From the IMG/VR virus record IMGVR_UViG_3300030085_003649, positions 1 to 54,420 of that record: a stretch of DNA of 54,420 nt; one strand, given 5' to 3'. The position numbers were made by a program, and so were the translations under genes. Each line of letters starts with the position of its first letter. Position 1 is the first letter of the stretch. A model generated the notes under the pieces. The model was not told where the DNA came from, made no database searches, and saw only the letters and a list, made by a program, of their open reading frames with translations. This stretch comes from a virus. Its lineage: Duplodnaviria > Caudoviricetes. This document shows, piece after piece, positions 53,488-54,420 of this stretch.

Positions 53488-53630
53488 TTTTTTCTCTTGA
53501 TAATTATGCGGTCGTTTTCGTAATCAGCCGAGAATTCTAGAGGTACATCTGGTTCCCAACACAACTCTTCATATAAAGCGTTGAGGGTTGCCATGTCCTC
53601 CCATAAATCCGTTGGTTCTTCTTCAAACAT
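53484..53630 (-). CDS. small acidic hypothetical protein (MFEEEPTDLWEDMATLNALYEELCW...)
   Basis: The ORF track gives 53484..53723. Start moved because a promoter lies in the extension. Confidence 0.65.
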   Translation of the reverse strand: MFEEEPTDLWEDMATLNALYEELCWEPDVPLEFSADYENDRIIIKRKK

Positions 53631-53654
53631 AAAAATAGGAGGATTGCTCCCCCT

Positions 53655-53683
53655 ATTGTATATGAAAAAGGTTGTGGTGTCAA
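53655..53683 (-). promoter_or_regulatory. sigma70 promoter TTGACA-N17-TACAAT
   Basis: Near-perfect consensus. Confidence 0.75.
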
Positions 53684-53719
53684 TTTTGGCCGGGATTTTT
53701 TTTCCGACTTTTTTGAAAC

Positions 53720-53950
53720 TCAAACCCGATTTTGATCTGGGTCTTGGTTGTAAAGACCTTCCAGTTTCTCTCTGGATAGATCAACATACATCACTTCATC
53801 ACCAGGTGCTGGTGCTTCTGGGTGACGTGGTTTAGGGGGTTCGTCCATCATCTTATTGATGTCACGAATGTTAGACCACATCAAAGCAAAGGCTCCTCCC
53901 GCAATGAGAGAGAAACAGACACCCCATATGAAAGCGAGATAGTGATTCAC
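53720..53950 (-). CDS. DUF2973-like small membrane protein
   Basis: TM helix [14 protein letters not shown] followed by HPEAP..G.EVMYVDL. GTG start overlaps the psbD stop. Confidence 0.65.
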   Translation of the reverse strand: MNHYLAFIWGVCFSLIAGGAFALMWSNIRDINKMMDEPPKPRHPEAPAPGDEVMYVDLSREKLEGLYNQDPDQNRV

Positions 53951-54420
53951 AGTGCATTACCTCTAGGAAGAACTTCCTCAGGGAACACAAAGTTTTCATG
54001 TGGTTGATCGACTGGTGCCAACCATGCACGGAGACCTTCATTCAAGAGAATGTTCTTGGTATAGAAGGTTTCAAACTCAGGATCTTCTGCTGCTCTGATC
54101 TCCTGACTTATAAAATCATAAGCACGTAGATTAAGAGCAAGGCCAATAATCCCGATACTACTGGTCCAAAGACCCATAACAGGAACAAATAACATAAAGA
54201 AATGAAGCCACCTCTTGTTGCTAAAGGCGATACCGAATATCTGACTCCAGAATCGGTTTGCGGTGACCATTGAGTAGGTTTCTTCTTCTTGCGTCGAGTC
54301 GAATGCTTTGAACGTGTTTGCTTGTTCACCATCTTGATACAACGTGTTCTCTACTGTAACACCGTGGATCGCAGAAAGCAACGCACCACCTAAGATTCCT
54401 GCCACTCCCATCATATGGAA
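53947..54420 (-). CDS. psbD: photosystem II D2 protein, 3' part (truncated by the window edge)
   Basis: [43 protein letters not shown] and [12 protein letters not shown] motifs. Confidence 0.98.
   Translation of the reverse strand, partial: FHMMGVAGILGGALLSAIHGVTVENTLYQDGEQANTFKAFDSTQEEETYSMVTANRFWSQIFGIAFSNKRWLHFFMLFVPVMGLWTSSIGIIGLALNLRAYDFISQEIRAAEDPEFETFYTKNILLNEGLRAWLAPVDQPHENFVFPEEVLPRGNAL

Noticed and set aside
53947-54420. Intron or homing endonuclease associated with psbD
   Set aside because: The visible part of psbD is uninterrupted and the downstream gene is a small membrane protein.
1-54420. tRNA genes or stop-codon reassignment
   Set aside because: No cloverleaf/TTCGAATC-type element was noticed in the short intergenic gaps, and core genes are intact under the standard code 11. 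tRNAscan was not run.

Overview
This window is a ~54 kb piece of a T4-like marine cyanophage (cyanomyovirus, Kyanoviridae-like) genome, with almost all genes on the minus strand. (i) 1-8.2 kb is an early/accessory region: small ORFs behind a repeated GTGACA-N9-CTGTCCACTA motif, a sugar-activation cluster (SIS isomerase, HAD phosphatase, KdsB-like cytidylyltransferase, putative glycosyltransferase), an SF2 helicase, a DUF262+HNH (GmrSD-like) protein and a 2OG-Fe(II) oxygenase. (ii) 8.2-21.6 kb holds tail fibre/adhesin genes and two fibre-assembly chaperones. (iii) 21.7-41.1 kb is the baseplate/tail module (gp5, gp26, gp51, gp54-like, gp4, gp2, gp48, gp53, two tape-measure-like proteins with muralytic domains), interrupted by talC, cp12 and 2OG oxygenases. 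(iv) 41.2-49 kb holds gp32, gp59, gp33, an exonuclease, phoH, thyX, glutaredoxins and small conserved ORFs. (v) 49-54.4 kb holds an ADP-heptose-type sugar cluster and the 3' end of psbD. The most notable signals are a tandem glutamine(glnA)-riboswitch-like RNA whose second aptamer encloses a whole 56-aa ORF upstream of a DUF4278 gene, a perfect -1 slippery heptamer that would fuse gp26 to gp51 just upstream of the tape-measure-like genes, a single-chain triple collar/HxH adhesin, and two phage sugar-nucleotide cassettes. All family assignments come from motif recognition by eye; no searches were run.
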